DNA from: Octopus vulgaris
Lineage: Eukaryota
Length of the DNA stretch: 64,000 nucleotides
Assembly (NCBI GenBank): GCA_951406725.2
Contig: OX597815.1
Span: 136,338,001 to 136,402,000 of the forward strand
Reading direction: 5' to 3'
In this document: one piece after another, positions 1 to 12,500 of the stretch
Numbering within the stretch: position 1 is the first letter of the stretch
How the letters are laid out: each line of letters starts with the position of its first letter
The notes under the pieces: generated by a model
What the model saw: only the letters and a program-made list of their open reading frames with translations
What the model was told of the DNA's origin: nothing
The model's database searches: none
Program-made: the position numbers and the translations under genes

Positions 1-473
1 GTTGAAAAGTAGGTGAAACATTGTCGCCTAAATGCCTTAAGACTAATGTTAAATTCGGTGGAGGAAGTGTCATGGTTTGGGGGATGATATCTGGAGATGG
101 TGTGGGCTCTTTGGTGCGATTACATGGAAAGTTAAATGCAGGAGTTTATAAACAACATGTAAAAGATCATGTCTTGCCTGTGCTGAGAAATTCAACTAAG
201 CGACCACCCATATTCATGCAGGACAATGCCCCATGTCACAAGGCTAAGGTGGTCATGAACTTCCTCAAGGCTGAAAAGGATCTCAATCCTATTGAAAATG
301 TGTGGAATATTCTAGGAGAACGTTCGAAAGCCAGAAATCCTAAAACAACCGAGCAATTATGGAATGCCCTTCAGGAAGAATGGAATAAGATCACCTAGCA
401 AAACATTGAAAATTTAATTTCCTCATGCAGTCAAAGTGTGATTGAAGCTAAAGTGCTTCACACTAAATATTAA
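1..473 (+). mobile_element. Tc1-family DDE transposase C-terminal remnant
   Basis: ORF 21-398 has KFGGGSVMVWG, FMQDNAPCH and DLNPIENVW. The WPxxSP segment before DLNPIE is deleted. A degenerate ..LHTKY* end lies at ~455-473. Confidence 0.9.
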
Positions 474-2024
474 ATAATTCCAGTATTCTCTGTCATTTTT
501 TATTATTTTGTTATTTTTTCGTTTAAATAAATTGCTGCGAGTAAAGCAGGAAGGGAGTAACAAAAAATTTCAAAAGACATAACTTTAAATGGATTCTAAA
601 AATGAATAAGACAAAAGAAATCCGAAGTATTTACGATAGCAAGTAAGCCTTTTTAATGTCCATGAAAATCTGTGGATGCATCATCAATTTGACCCAAGTA
701 GGTGAGTAAGACAACAGGAGGTTATCTCTTTAATCTGTACTTAGAGCCATGAATACACTAGCTGCAATTAACTTGCTGAAACTACAATGCTTTGATTTAA
801 CCTCCAGTCAGCTCTGATTGATTCTATATTTCTTCAAGGCATTCCACACATGACCACACATTCTTTTTTACAGGATAAATGGAATCCAGAAACACTTTAT
901 CGAATATATCAAATACATTGTTATGTATTTTGAGGGAAATTTGAGTGCATTTCTAGATTGTTGAGTGTATGGATTTTTCCTTCGCTGGAAATGTAGCAGG
1001 AATGTTGTTTCTCAGAAAACAAATGAAAATATTTCACTTCTATAAGTGTGTAATGGGCAATAGTGTTATAAATAAAAAGCTTTGCAACTGACAGGAAATT
1101 AAAACTGGATCATGGTCTAGCTGGAAATTAAAACTGGATCATGAAGATATATTTTCATTTCCAAGGTCTCTGCTTAAAGTATTTCTTTGAATGTGTGATT
1201 TCTTACGATGTTACAAATCAGCAACATCTGAAGTTTCATAACAGATTAAATAATGCAGCCGTTCCCAAAAGGTAAGAATAAAACTCAATGGAATCTGAAA
1301 TTAAAACGATCGTATTAGAACTTAACTTACGATAAAGTTACTGCACATCACTGTCGTTCTTGCCACTACCATTGAAAAAATTGTGTCGTTTTACTTGCGC
1401 AAACCGTAACATTTGCAGGAAAATGAAAATTTGTTTTAAATTTTATACTGTTCAGAGGCTTTTGGAAGATTTTAATTAAACAGATTTGTAATTAAATGAT
1501 TTTAAATCACCTCGGTCAGTACATACTGTTGCACTTGCTATTTAATTAATCAGTACTGAAGATCGGAATTGAGCAAAAAAAAAAAAAGAAAGAAAATTAA
1601 CAACTCAGATATTTCTCAATTGTATAATGCTTTTACGTAAGAGTTCCAGTGTCATCGCGATGGCATTTTTTTGAAATTTATAATACATAGGAAAATGAAA
1701 AAATTGGTGGGAGAAGGGCGGGGAGAGAGAGGGAGAAGAGTGTTCGTGAGATCTATATGAGAGAATTAGAGAAATTGTGAGTGAGGAATGAACGCAACGT
1801 TAGAGAGGGAGAAGGTATTATAGAATAAATATTACAAATAACGATACTGATTAAACGCTTTATAACATTCATTGGTAGGAAATTAGTTTTTTCCGACAGT
1901 TGCTTGGTATTTATAAATGTTAAATTGTTTCATTGATTCGTGAAAGATAGCAGAGTGCAAAAATTTGGTTGAAACTGGGTGAATTGTACTAAATTGTTTA
2001 GTAGCACTTATTACTGTTTGTGGC

Positions 2025-2403
2025 GTGGAGGCGCAATGGCCCAGTGGTTAGGGCAGCGGACTCGTGGTCGTAGGATCGCGGTTTCGATTCCCAGACCGGG
2101 CGTTGTGAGTGTTTATTGAGCGAATACACCTAAAGCTCCACGAGGCTCCGGCAGGGATGGTGGTGATCCCTGCTGTACTCTTTCACCACAACTTTCTCTC
2201 ACTCTTACTTCCTGTTTCTGTTGTACCTGTATTTCAAAGGGCCGGCCTTGTCACTCTCTGTGTCACGCTGAATATCTCCGAGAACTACGTTAAGGGTACA
2301 CGCGTCTGTGGAGTGCTCAGCCACTTACACGTTAATTTCACGAGCAGGCTGTTCCGTTGATCGGAACCCTCGTCGTCGTAACCGACGGAGTGCTTCCATA
2401 TCC
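2025..2403 (+). mobile_element. tRNA-derived SINE, full length, with 12-bp TSD
   Basis: Head GGCGCAATGGCCCAGTGGTTAGGGCAGC...GGTTTCGATTCCC has A/B boxes. ACTGTTTGTGGC is duplicated at 2013-2024 and 2404-2415. A second, inverted copy is at 57051-57416. Confidence 0.92.
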
Positions 2404-3302
2404 ACTGTTTGTGGCACGGAACATGTGAGAAAAAAAAAGAAGGTTAGACGGGGATATAGGATTAAAAATATAGAAGAACAAAACAAATAAGATAAGAAAA
2501 ATAAACTAAACGAGAACGCCTAATTCGTATTACATGAACGGAAATTTAGACTGTCGGTTATTATAGATAATTTTCACTTCGATATTGAGCATTAAGTATT
2601 AAGAGTGTCGATTTTTTTAGAAACAAAATTCTGATGTTCCTACACAGGATTAGATGCATTATTAGTAATATGAGTAACATTAAAAATCATATGGATTAGG
2701 AATCAAAATTAGTTTGCAGGTGTGATTTGTAACCTCATTTTATAGCACCTACGGAAATTACGAATGTAATAATTGCTTTCTATTATAAACTCTGTTAAAT
2801 GTGCAAAGTATCTAATTGTAATCCATTTAGTACGCAGCTTGAGACTTAGAGAAAAGTATTTATTCACTGCATAGATTTATTTAGATCTTACACTGGTACT
2901 ACAAAGTTGTGGGTGTTTTTGAATTGTTCTTAGAAAATATCTGGTTTTTATTCCACCCGACTTCGATGTCATGAAATACAGAGTCGGTCAATCTGTATTC
3001 AAGTGCTGAGGAAAAAATGCAATATTGTAGTCGTTCTCCATATATACTTTGCATTATACTATGATGGTATATGAGATACTAGGATGTTATGGATTTTCTC
3101 CCAATGCATTTTCAGTGCAGATAATAGGAATTGTTTTAAACTGGAAAACAAAGTGCGTTACAGACAAGATTTGTCATAAACTCAGCTCATTTACAGCTGT
3201 TGTCACTTGGTGGAGATAAGCATCATATACGAGTATATGGCAGGAAAGGAAGATATTTCTGTATATAATTACTTTCTTTTTCATGCTCAGTTAACAATTT
3301 AC

Positions 3303-3391
3303 CGAGAAGGATTTTGTCAGTGTACTCCTCATAGATTCGAGTCAACTGAACCCACCGTGCCCATTCTAGTGATTTGTTGTCATGCGCCATT
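3303..3391 (-). CDS. Candidate internal exon of unidentified host gene (MAHDNKSLEWARWVQLTRIYEEYTDKILL)
   Basis: Minus-strand acceptor catcatttttcag and donor G|gtaaat bound an 89-nt open frame in non-repetitive DNA. Phase is compatible with the exon at 3667-3723. Confidence 0.5.
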
Positions 3392-3666
3392 CTGAAAAAT
3401 GATGTTAATAATGATTGCTATTATTCTCAATATTATCTTAGTGTGGTAGGTTGGCAAAATCATCAGAGTAGAGAACAAAATAACACAGGTATTTAGTTAC
3501 GCCTAATTTGTTTTGATTTTGAATGCTGCTGAGGGCATTCGATGACAGAAACAGTAAAATATCGGTAAAATAAATTTGCGTAACTTTATCGCTTTTACTG
3601 TCTTTGCCCAAGTTGACGTGACCTGATATCTTCCCGTTATTGAGTAAACTTGTGCCAATCGGGTAC

Positions 3667-3723
3667 CTAAGACAATTTAACTGATGACGCCATCCCTCCA
3701 ACATACGCAGACTTATGTGAAAG
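3667..3723 (-). CDS. Candidate internal exon (xFHISLRMLEGWRHQLNCLR)
   Basis: Acceptor ttaatccattttag and donor AG|gtaccc bound 57 nt that splice in frame to 3303-3391. Confidence 0.42.
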   Translation of the reverse strand, partial: LSHKSAYVGGMASSVKLS

Positions 3724-4079
3724 CTAAAATGGATTAACTGTAAGGAAAGTGGCAGTATTGAAAATGCGGTAGATTGCATGTGTTCTGGTATAAAATTACA
3801 TTAATTTAATTTCTGTGCTTATATCCCTTAGTATTAAACATGTTAAGTTGCTCTTCAAATTGATTGCACTACATCATTTACACGTCCTCTAAATTTGTTC
3901 GTTTCATGCTAATGTTAGATCTCATAAGTAAATCTATAGCAAATAGATGCAGAAAGCTGAGGAAAACCCGTAGAAGTACACGTCATTTAATCGTACTCTT
4001 TTGCATTCAGAGTTCAACCCTTTAATTTCACCCTTCCGGGCGGTAAAAACTATTCTTTATTCCTATACTCCTTGTTCTC

Positions 4080-4760
4080 ACCTGGCTTTCACTGCTCTCT
4101 ACGAGTTAGTTAGAGCGCTATGTGTACAGTATATAGAGATCTACTTGTGAATAAAGGTGATGACGTTCTTCGGGAAAGACTAAGTGTCAACAAGTATGAA
4201 GAAGCTGGTCTGTTTCGAAGGATTTTCGGGCCTGGTACCACAATGGATAGCTTCTAGAAAGATCAAGCTGTCTACCGAAGGGCACTGCTGGTTTGAGATA
4301 AACTTCACAAGCACAGAGGTGCTGCTTGGCGCGACATGAGCACAGAGCAATGAAGCCATACTGACGCACTATTGGGTGCTCGGGCATTGCTGACTTGTGG
4401 AGATAAGTCGAACAGCTGGTGTTGTGAGTAAGATGAATCCGATTGTCGCCTGTGTGTATCGAGAGGAACACCCACCACTCAGCTTTAATAAGGTAAGGTA
4501 AACGGTGTTCCTAAGTTTAGTGATTATGACAAACAAGGTTGTGTGGTGGATGAGACTGAAAGGATTGAGCAAAGGAACCTTCCACTTCGATCAAATCCTC
4601 AACGACTCTTTTCAGTTATACTTAAAAAGGAATGTGAGGGTAGAGAGGAAAGTGAATTTTTCAAAGGTGTGTAACTGTGGCAGTCATGGTTAGGATGAAT
4701 GGTTCAACTCTAAGCGAAATTCCTGTAGATGTGAGTACAGCAGCTGGGTGAGGGTTTGCA
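4080..4760 (+). mobile_element. Degenerate L1/Tx1-like ORF2 C-terminal fragment
   Basis: Broken translation FGPG..MDSF..YRRALLV*DKLHKH...VFLSLVIMTNKVVWWMRLKGL...LKRNVRVERK resembles Tx1-type ORF2 C-termini. Boundaries are approximate. Confidence 0.6.
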
Positions 4761-5027
4761 CCGTTAGTGGTCAAGGTTCCTCTGGATGTGAATACATTGG
4801 CCTTAAATGGAGTTTCTCATGTATTAGGATTACTGCATCATTCAAGCATTCACATATTTTGTATAACATGTATACTTTTATCTCATTTCTCCACCTTTTC
4901 TCTTTGTTTCTACAAATCTTTCGCGAAAACTCTCACACAAATTGTTAACTGTCCTCGTAATGTACCCACTCGTCTAATGAACCTAAGCCCCAAAAAACCC
5001 ATTGTCTTTATCATCATTTCTCTTATT

Positions 5028-5070
<43 letters not shown>

Positions 5071-5074
5071 TTCC

Positions 5075-5232
5075 TGCTTAACGTTCCGTGTTTAAATGCC
5101 ATCATGACCGCCTTTGCCTTTCATCATTTCATCATTTCGGAGCCGATAAGATAAGTGGCAGTCGACTACTAGGGTTGATGTGATCAAATAGCCCGCATCC
5201 GAAAAATTTCTGGTGATGTGCTTATGGTAGAA
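5075..5232 (+). mobile_element. SINE body/3' fragment (Deu/Nin-like core) between ATT tracts
   Basis: GCCTTTCATC..TTTCGGAGCCGATAAGATAAGTGGCAG resembles the GCCTTTCATCCTTTCGGGGTCGATAAA SINE core. It ends in (ATT)n. Confidence 0.5.
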
Positions 5233-5289
5233 ATTATTATTATTATTATTATTACTATTATTATTATTATTATTTTTATAATTATTATT

Positions 5290-5834
5290 GAGTGAGTGAG
5301 TGAGCAATGTATGCCTTCAAAGTGAAGAGTAAAATATACGAATTCCAGTATACCCACCATGACTACCTTGATAAGGTTACACAAGGTACATGCATCACAA
5401 CCATACGTGCGCGAGATGGTGATCTCAAACTAAACAGCGCAAGACCTAGCAGGTGGGATCCAGTTAAACTTTTCTTCAAGTCGAGTAGCCCATCCTCTCA
5501 AAAGGTTCCAGATTAAGGGTTGTTTTAGGATGCTGAACGAAACATCCATGTTTCTAGAGGTGAATTATTCAAACCCTAAAGATTTCCTCTCAATACATGG
5601 CTATGATGCCCCCCTACTACTTCTGTTCGTGATCAGAGATATGCATATCTTCAGTCATTAAAAGCCATGCTCAACTGGTTAAGGTAAAACAGGTGACGAT
5701 CAAATCTGTGGTATTGAGTAGAATATTTTCTGTAACCCATATTTTTATACCAAAACAAAACATGTACATCGTAACACTTCTAGTCAGTTAAGATTTGAAG
5801 CTATGAGAACCAATGCCTGGTACTGCATCAGGGT
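5290..5834 (-). mobile_element. Non-autonomous element D, copy 1 (shares 3' tail with Dong-family LINE at 43206-44575)
   Basis: Collinear with 14602-15100 from end to end. The left ~80 bp match 43206-43283. It is flanked by ATT repeats and has no recognisable coding homology. Confidence 0.8.
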
Positions 5835-5999
5835 ATCATTATCATTATTGTGGATTTCAAAGAGGAAGAACGTGTGTTCGTGAACTGTAAGCTTTTGTGC
5901 AATTTTTACAGATAATGTTGTATCTGAAAATTTATTACGACATTTCTGTGACCAGGCTCTTGCTGGGCTAAGCGGTTAAGCGGGACTTTCCCCATTTTG

Positions 6000-8900
6000 G
6001 GACGAATTTTCAATTTAAAATCTCCATTTTTTCATTTATTGGTTTTTAAAATTTGCAAAAAATGTCCTTGGAAAAGAGTATCAACTCTTCCTTTCTTTTT
6101 GACTTCTCCTTACTCTCAGAAGATACCCCTAAATATATAAAAATTCAATTGTCTCCGCCCACTTCGCTCCTTAAAAGGCAGAGAGGGACAATCTAAGTCT
6201 TGATAGCACGTGCAACGCTAAGTAACAGAAGGAAAAAGAAGAAAAGAAACGCGAGAAAGAAAAGGAAAAAGCAAGGAAATTCAGTTAATGGACGCTGCTA
6301 GCGTCGCAACACCTGTGAATACAATCCATCCCACTACCACCACTAACACTTACACATTGAACACTCAACAACAATAACAACCCAATGCATTAAAGAGCCG
6401 AGGTTTTGCTTTAATAGCAAAATCAGGAAATGAATTTATAAATGCTTCCTTAGAATCTCTCAGAGACTACAGAAACATTTAAAAAAGAAAAAGCGAAAGA
6501 CGTGTTTCTATAAACACACCACTAGAGATTTTAAAGAAAACAAACAAATTTACCATAGTGTACAGAAGACGTAGCAAAATAGCTCAAGAGCTCAGCTGAG
6601 AAGCAATGAACTTGTCCTCGTTCCAACATACTTGGGACGGCGCGTCGCCAGGATAAAAATGCTGGACATACCACCAGAAATGAATGCAAGCTAGATAGTC
6701 GTGACCATCCCACACGGCTTGGTGAATACAATCAGGATCATCAAAGTCGAGAAACAAGGAAAAAAACGACTGGAATGCTCAGGAATTGCAAAGAATGGTC
6801 CAAATAAATGAAGACGTTTTGGAACAAATTCCTAACCAACTCAGCCTTCCAGATGACACTATGCTGAACGTCCCTACTTAGGACAAAAGGCCAAGATGTC
6901 ATCAATGCGGACACAATAAGCACCTGAATGCCTTCTGCCCAAAACTAAAGCGGAAAGAGTGCACCCCCCCCTTGATACAAGCATCGCCCACACCACAACT
7001 ATAGAGGCAACCCCCAAAACAAAAGCAACCCCAAGAGAAGAAACCACAAGAAAAGAAAGCAGAGGGGCCCCAGCAAAAGCACCACTTACAACAACAGCTA
7101 CACGGGTGAAAACAACGCCAACAACAACAGAGGCACTGACCACAACCACCACAGTGCCTACAACAACATCAACAACACGACTCTTACCAGAGGAACAAAA
7201 AGCAGCAAATTTCGACCCACTGGAACTACCTCTTCCCGACTCTGACCACTCAAACATGTCGTGCGGAGAGAACGATGGAATTGAGTGGACAGACGTCACT
7301 CGTAAAAACTGAGAAAAAGGCACAACAGTACACCAACAAATAAACAAGCAGTACCCAAACAAAGCAATCAAAACTACCCGAAAGCAACAACAACACACCA
7401 ACACCCACGCTTCCAACACCTTCATCATACGGCCACGACCAACACCAGAGGCACAACCAACAGCACGAGGCGCAACTGGGTCAACATAAAAGTAAACGAA
7501 AATAACAAAAGCACCACAAAACCTATCGCCATAAACACAGACAACACAAACTTACTATTATACATAAACAAAAATACAGATATCAAAATGACTGACTTTG
7601 TTTCCCCCACGGATAACACACTGCCACCACACATACAGATATTTCGAACATCGCAACATACATACAACAACATAAGATCCAAATTTCCACAGGCGGTTGG
7701 AGGCTTCAACACAAGAGTGTCCTCGTGCCTCTATAAATCCTTGGTCATGGAGACCACCACACTCCAATTAAAGAGCGAGCCATCTGCCCCGCTCCAACCC
7801 CAGAGTGCTAACAGTAAGTAGTCCTCTCCTTTTTTCTCTTTACCAGCTACTCAAATGGTCTTACTCAAAGCAGGTTGCACAAATGTACCTGGTATTGTTT
7901 CGGAAATGTCTGGATCTCAAAATAAGGTCAGTCTTCTTGTGGTCTTGGACGTGAACGGCAGTAACAATGGGGCCTTCAGGCTGGTGGCTGTTTATGCACC
8001 GACAGGTGCAGGACAACCGGAATACTTCAGGTTTCTGAAGTTCTTCCTGGGTAAATCCCTGCCTTTAGTGTTAGTGGGCGATTTCAACGCCATCTTAGAT
8101 GCACAATTGGATTGTGTGGAGCTAGCCGATAGGAAAACGGGTTGCAGACCTGCTTAGACACCTTTAACTGTCTGACAGGTACCCACTGGATTCTTGAATG
8201 TGCCAATGTGGACGATGGCAAACCGCATCAGAACATCCAGATCGTATCTAGATAGAGTATCTTGCAGATCTTTAGATAGGGGTAGCATTAGTTGTCCACA
8301 ATTTCAAATGGTTGGCCACATATATCACAAATTGGTGGCCTGTAAGGTCAACTTAGGTAGCATGCGTAGATATGGCCCTGGCTATTGGAAGCTGAACATA
8401 TCACTCACGGCGTGCCAAGCTTACAGAGACCGGAGTAAAGAGTTACTTCGGAAAGCTTTGACGGGGAAAACCGTCAACAATAAATGGTGGTATAACTTTA
8501 AAAAGGCTATCAAAGTTGAATCTGTTAAGTTAAGCAAAATTTCAGCTGTAGAAAGAAATAGAACACAGAGTGATTTAGTGAGGAAGTTAGAACAAGCGCT
8601 TGGGAAAAGCATTGCAATTGATGCGCTCGCAGCGAGGTTGGCCCTCCTTCAACGCTCCAACGCCAATCACGAAGGTTGCATTGTCAGAGCTAAGACATGT
8701 GCTCTGAGACAAGGGGGAGCCAAAGTTGCTCGATGAGCCCAGGTGACGAGGCGCGAAATCGCAACAAAACGCCATTCGGTCTTTGGTGGACCAAAATGGG
8801 CGAACAGTGAACGAGCCGGAGTAGATATGTGCGGCTTTTCAGCAGCATTTTGCCGAATTGTTCGGGACAAACGGTGGGCCAGATCGCAGGATGAATTCAC

Positions 8901-9500
8901 TGCCTACTTCGATGGCCTACCACGACTCTCAGCAGGAGATGCGGAGTGTTGCGAAAAGCCGATAACAACTGGAGAAATACTGGATGAGATGATGGGCTGC
9001 ACGAGGTGAAATCACCGGGACTGGATGATCTGTCCTACGAGCTTTAATCTAGTATTCCAGACTTCTTGGGAGATATCTACTGCAACTGGCAACATAGTGA
9101 GAGAATTACCAAATCTCTGAGCCGAGGAGCAGTGCTACTGCTGAGAAAAGATCCAAACAAGTGTAAGGTATCAGATAAATTTATGCTCATCACTCTGCTT
9201 AACGTAGACATGAAAATTTTGACCAAGTTGTTAGTGAAGAGCTTGGTGCTAGTTGTCGAGAAATTGCTTGGAAATGCAAAAATATGTCCCAAACAGGTAC
9301 ATCCACGACAACCTCCACCTCATGCGCTACATCGTGGATAGAGTAGTTAAGACACCTGGCACTGGTGGATCTCTGATCAATTTAGATCATTCAAAAGCCT
9401 TTTATAGGTTTGACCATCACTATCTGGCGGCTGATCTCACGGCGGCCGGTTTCGATCCGGTTTTCCGTGGTTGGATTGCTGCCATGCACATCGACATAAA
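6000..9500 (+). mobile_element. L1/Tx1-like LINE, decayed: ORF1 region plus ORF2 APE endonuclease and N-terminal RT, 3'-truncated at (AAT)n
   Basis: ORF2 pieces from 7855 give RLVAVYAP, LVGDFNAILD, SYLDRV, GPGYWKLN, KSPGLD, ITLLNVDMKIL, YIHDN and LINLDHSKAF. Upstream is a Thr-rich, A/C-rich ORF1-like region. There are many stops and frameshifts, and the 5' boundary is approximate. Confidence 0.85.
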
Positions 9501-9507
9501 AATAATG

Positions 9508-9583
<76 letters not shown>

Positions 9584-9596
9584 TAATAATAATAAT
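9500..9596 (+). repeat. (AAT)n microsatellite, 5' flank/target of Dong element
   Basis: Direct reading of the sequence. Similar tracts occur at 14553-14600, 15106-15197, 26401-28290 (both ends), 42670-43203, 44578-44643, 58590-58673 and 63450-63535. Confidence 0.97.
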
Positions 9597-12500
9597 GAGA
9601 GGTGGCTGGACGTGACAGAGGATGGACGTATTTTTTCGATGCTCTGAACTGGCAACAGCTAACCCAGCAGGACAGCTGAAAAAAAATAAACAACCGTAGG
9701 AAACTGGAAGATCTACTGTTTTCTGTGAGTAATTTGAATTTCCCTCAAAATAAGTTAAGGAACTTACATATCTACAGTTCATACAAACGTACACCTAACA
9801 AGAAAAATTAGAAACATAAATATCTCCAATTTTGTGTGAACATTTAGTAGTCTCTCATGACTATAAGAATGTGTAAAATTGCCTTTTAAATTCCCTTTTA
9901 TTGTAACAACACAATTAAATGCACGATAAAAAATTATGGAAGTAAGCACCTGCTAATATATACATACAACTGAATTCAGAAATTTTAAAAAATATATACA
10001 TAACATTGAATTCAGAAATTTTAAAAAATCATCCACGTTAACATCAGATAATATGTGTGTGTGAGTATACATATACATATACATATGTATGTGGAAAGGA
10101 AGAAAAGAGAAAGAAAAAAAATAAATGTAAACAGGTTTGACCTTTTACTGACCATTAATGTCTCCACCATCTGCTGAATCTATTTATAGACCCATAGAAC
10201 ATGACCTCTTTAACCAACCATTCCCCCACACAATGGCAGTAGTGGTGATGATGGTGGCTGTGACTACACATAAAACAATATCATTGATGATGATGATGGC
10301 GATGGCGATGTTGATGATGATGATGATGATGGTGATGTGGTGATGGTGATAGTAATAACAATAATAACTGACAGATCCCTTTTTTTCTTTTCTTTCTCCG
10401 TATTTTATTCTCATTATTTCGAACTAATACAGGCAGAGTGATCCTTTTATAAGTTTAAAAGAGGAAGGGAAAAGAAGGAAGGAAAAAGAGGAAGAAGGCG
10501 ATAGGGAGAAAGAAAGAGGAAAAAAGGAAGAGAAGGAGGGAAAAAATGTTCGGAGATAAAACTATCAACAAAAAAAATACAGACGAATACAGATCTGCTA
10601 GCCTTAAGAAGCTGCGCTACGAGCAATGCTTACGTGTAGAGGACCCTAAACTGACAGATCCATCTCCTAATGTAAGTATGGAAGCTCGTCATGCTTCAAA
10701 GTCAACAAATCAAACTATAACCCGCATTGGTCGCCGGATAATACAAAAGACCACGTACCCGAAAATTGAACCAAATTCTGATTGAAAAATCAGCTACTGG
10801 ATCAAATCTTCCCAACACACAGGAGCTGGACATACCCCACAACCGGAATATTCCAACAGATGGCCATCCATGCTCGTCACCAAATAATCAAAAGAAAAAG
10901 AAGGAAAAATGGTCTAGGGAAGAAAATAAAGAAGTTCTTGGGGCCTTCTACCATGCCATATATTTCCCCACAGATAAATCTAACACTGTACAAACATACT
11001 TAAACTGGAGACAGAAACACCAGAAGGTAAGACCCTACATAGACAGTAACAAACTTGCCAACGTCAGAAGAAACATTATAAAAACAAATTACTGACTGAA
11101 GTAGAGATTGATCAATTTAAACAAGTAATATCGGATAAAATAAACGAAACTGCAGCTAGAGAAGATAATAGAGAGGAAATAATTATAGACCAGCCCAGGG
11201 CTGATAAAAACGAAGTAAGGATTGAAAGAGTTAGTATAAGTGATAGGCAAAGTGAAATACTCCCTGAACCAATCATAAACACTAAGACAGATGAACATCA
11301 AATAGATAAAGAAAGTCACACAAATATTGACCCAACAGAACTACATGAGCTAAAAAATCAGATCATGATTGAATGGCTGAAAATTAAAGAAACCAGCATG
11401 GATGAACGTGATACGCCCCCTAAAATCCGCAACTCTAAACAAAACATGAAAATAATTGGTAAAATCCGGTTTGCACTTAAGGATATAATTACAGCTAATG
11501 ATGTTGATATCACAAATCTCAACCACCTATACTATGCATCCACGAACATCTCAACGATCCTATGTGGTGTAAAAATTAGAAAACGGCAACACTCCCACAA
11601 AAAGCCTTCTTGGCAAGAGCGATTGCAACAACAAATTAAACTATTTAGATCTGACATTGAATATTTGAAAAACCTTAAGGTTCACAAGACTACCAAACCT
11701 ACAAAAACCCAAAAATTACTGAAAAAATACAATATGAAAACTATACTTGATATTGATGCCACCATAGAAACCATCAAACAAAAGGTATCTGCCAAAGTTG
11801 CCCGCATAGCGAGGTATGAAAAGCGTGTTAGATTTTTCAAGGACAACAACATGTTCAAAAATAACCCCAAGAATTTTTACAGGAAGATAGGAAAAACAGC
11901 GTATACTGCACGGTCTGTACCATCAAAAGAAGAAGTGCAGGGATTTTGGAATAAAATTTGGGCTGAAGAAAAAACACACAACGAAAAGGCCCCCTGGATT
12001 GACAGAATATCTACAGAACTGGACCCTTAGAAGAGCAAAAGTGGGAGGGTGTCAAGGTAGAAGATATAAGATCTGCTCTCAGGAGGTCAAGCAAATGGAA
12101 GTCTCCAGGAAAGGATAAAATTCCTAACTTCTGGCTGAATGCCTTCCCAGAGAGCCATGAACTGCTAACAGAACTGTACAATGATGTTTTGCAACACCCT
12201 AGTAGGATGCCTCCTTGGCTAGTTAATGGGTTAACATTCCTGCTTCCAAAAAGTGAAGAAACAAATGAACCAAAAAACTATAGACCCATAACCTGCTTAA
12301 CAACTATGTATAAAACGCTAACATCTGTCTTGACGGAATATACTTATAGTTTTTTAACAGATAGCAGCATATTCCCTAATGAACAGAAAGGATGTAAACG
12401 TGGATCCTACGGCTGTAAAGATCAACTACTCATCAATAAGATGATCTTAGAAGATTGTCACAAACGACACAAAAACTTATCAATAGCTTGGATAGACTAT

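Noticed and set aside
1094-1143. 21-bp direct repeat with an 8-bp spacer as a CRISPR-like or regulatory array
   Set aside because: Only two units; an ordinary local duplication in eukaryotic DNA.
1166-1271. Plus-strand exon with good AG/GT sites and an open frame
   Set aside because: It is isolated with no recognisable peptide. Similar chance candidates occur at ~24891, 30393 and 39366, so none can be supported without RNA data.
2025-2100. tRNA gene
   Set aside because: The tRNA-like head continues into a ~300-bp body with a TSD and has a second dispersed copy, so it is a SINE. The same applies to 41130-41205.
6959-7312. Mucin-like Thr-rich host gene
   Set aside because: It lies directly upstream of the LINE APE domain in a frameshifted A/C-rich tract, and is better explained as a decayed ORF1.
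9391-9794. Poly-Ile/Tyr/Leu/Asn and YI/CV/HT-repeat ORFs throughout the ORF track
   Set aside because: These are translations of (AAT)n, (AT)n and (CA)n microsatellites, not proteins.
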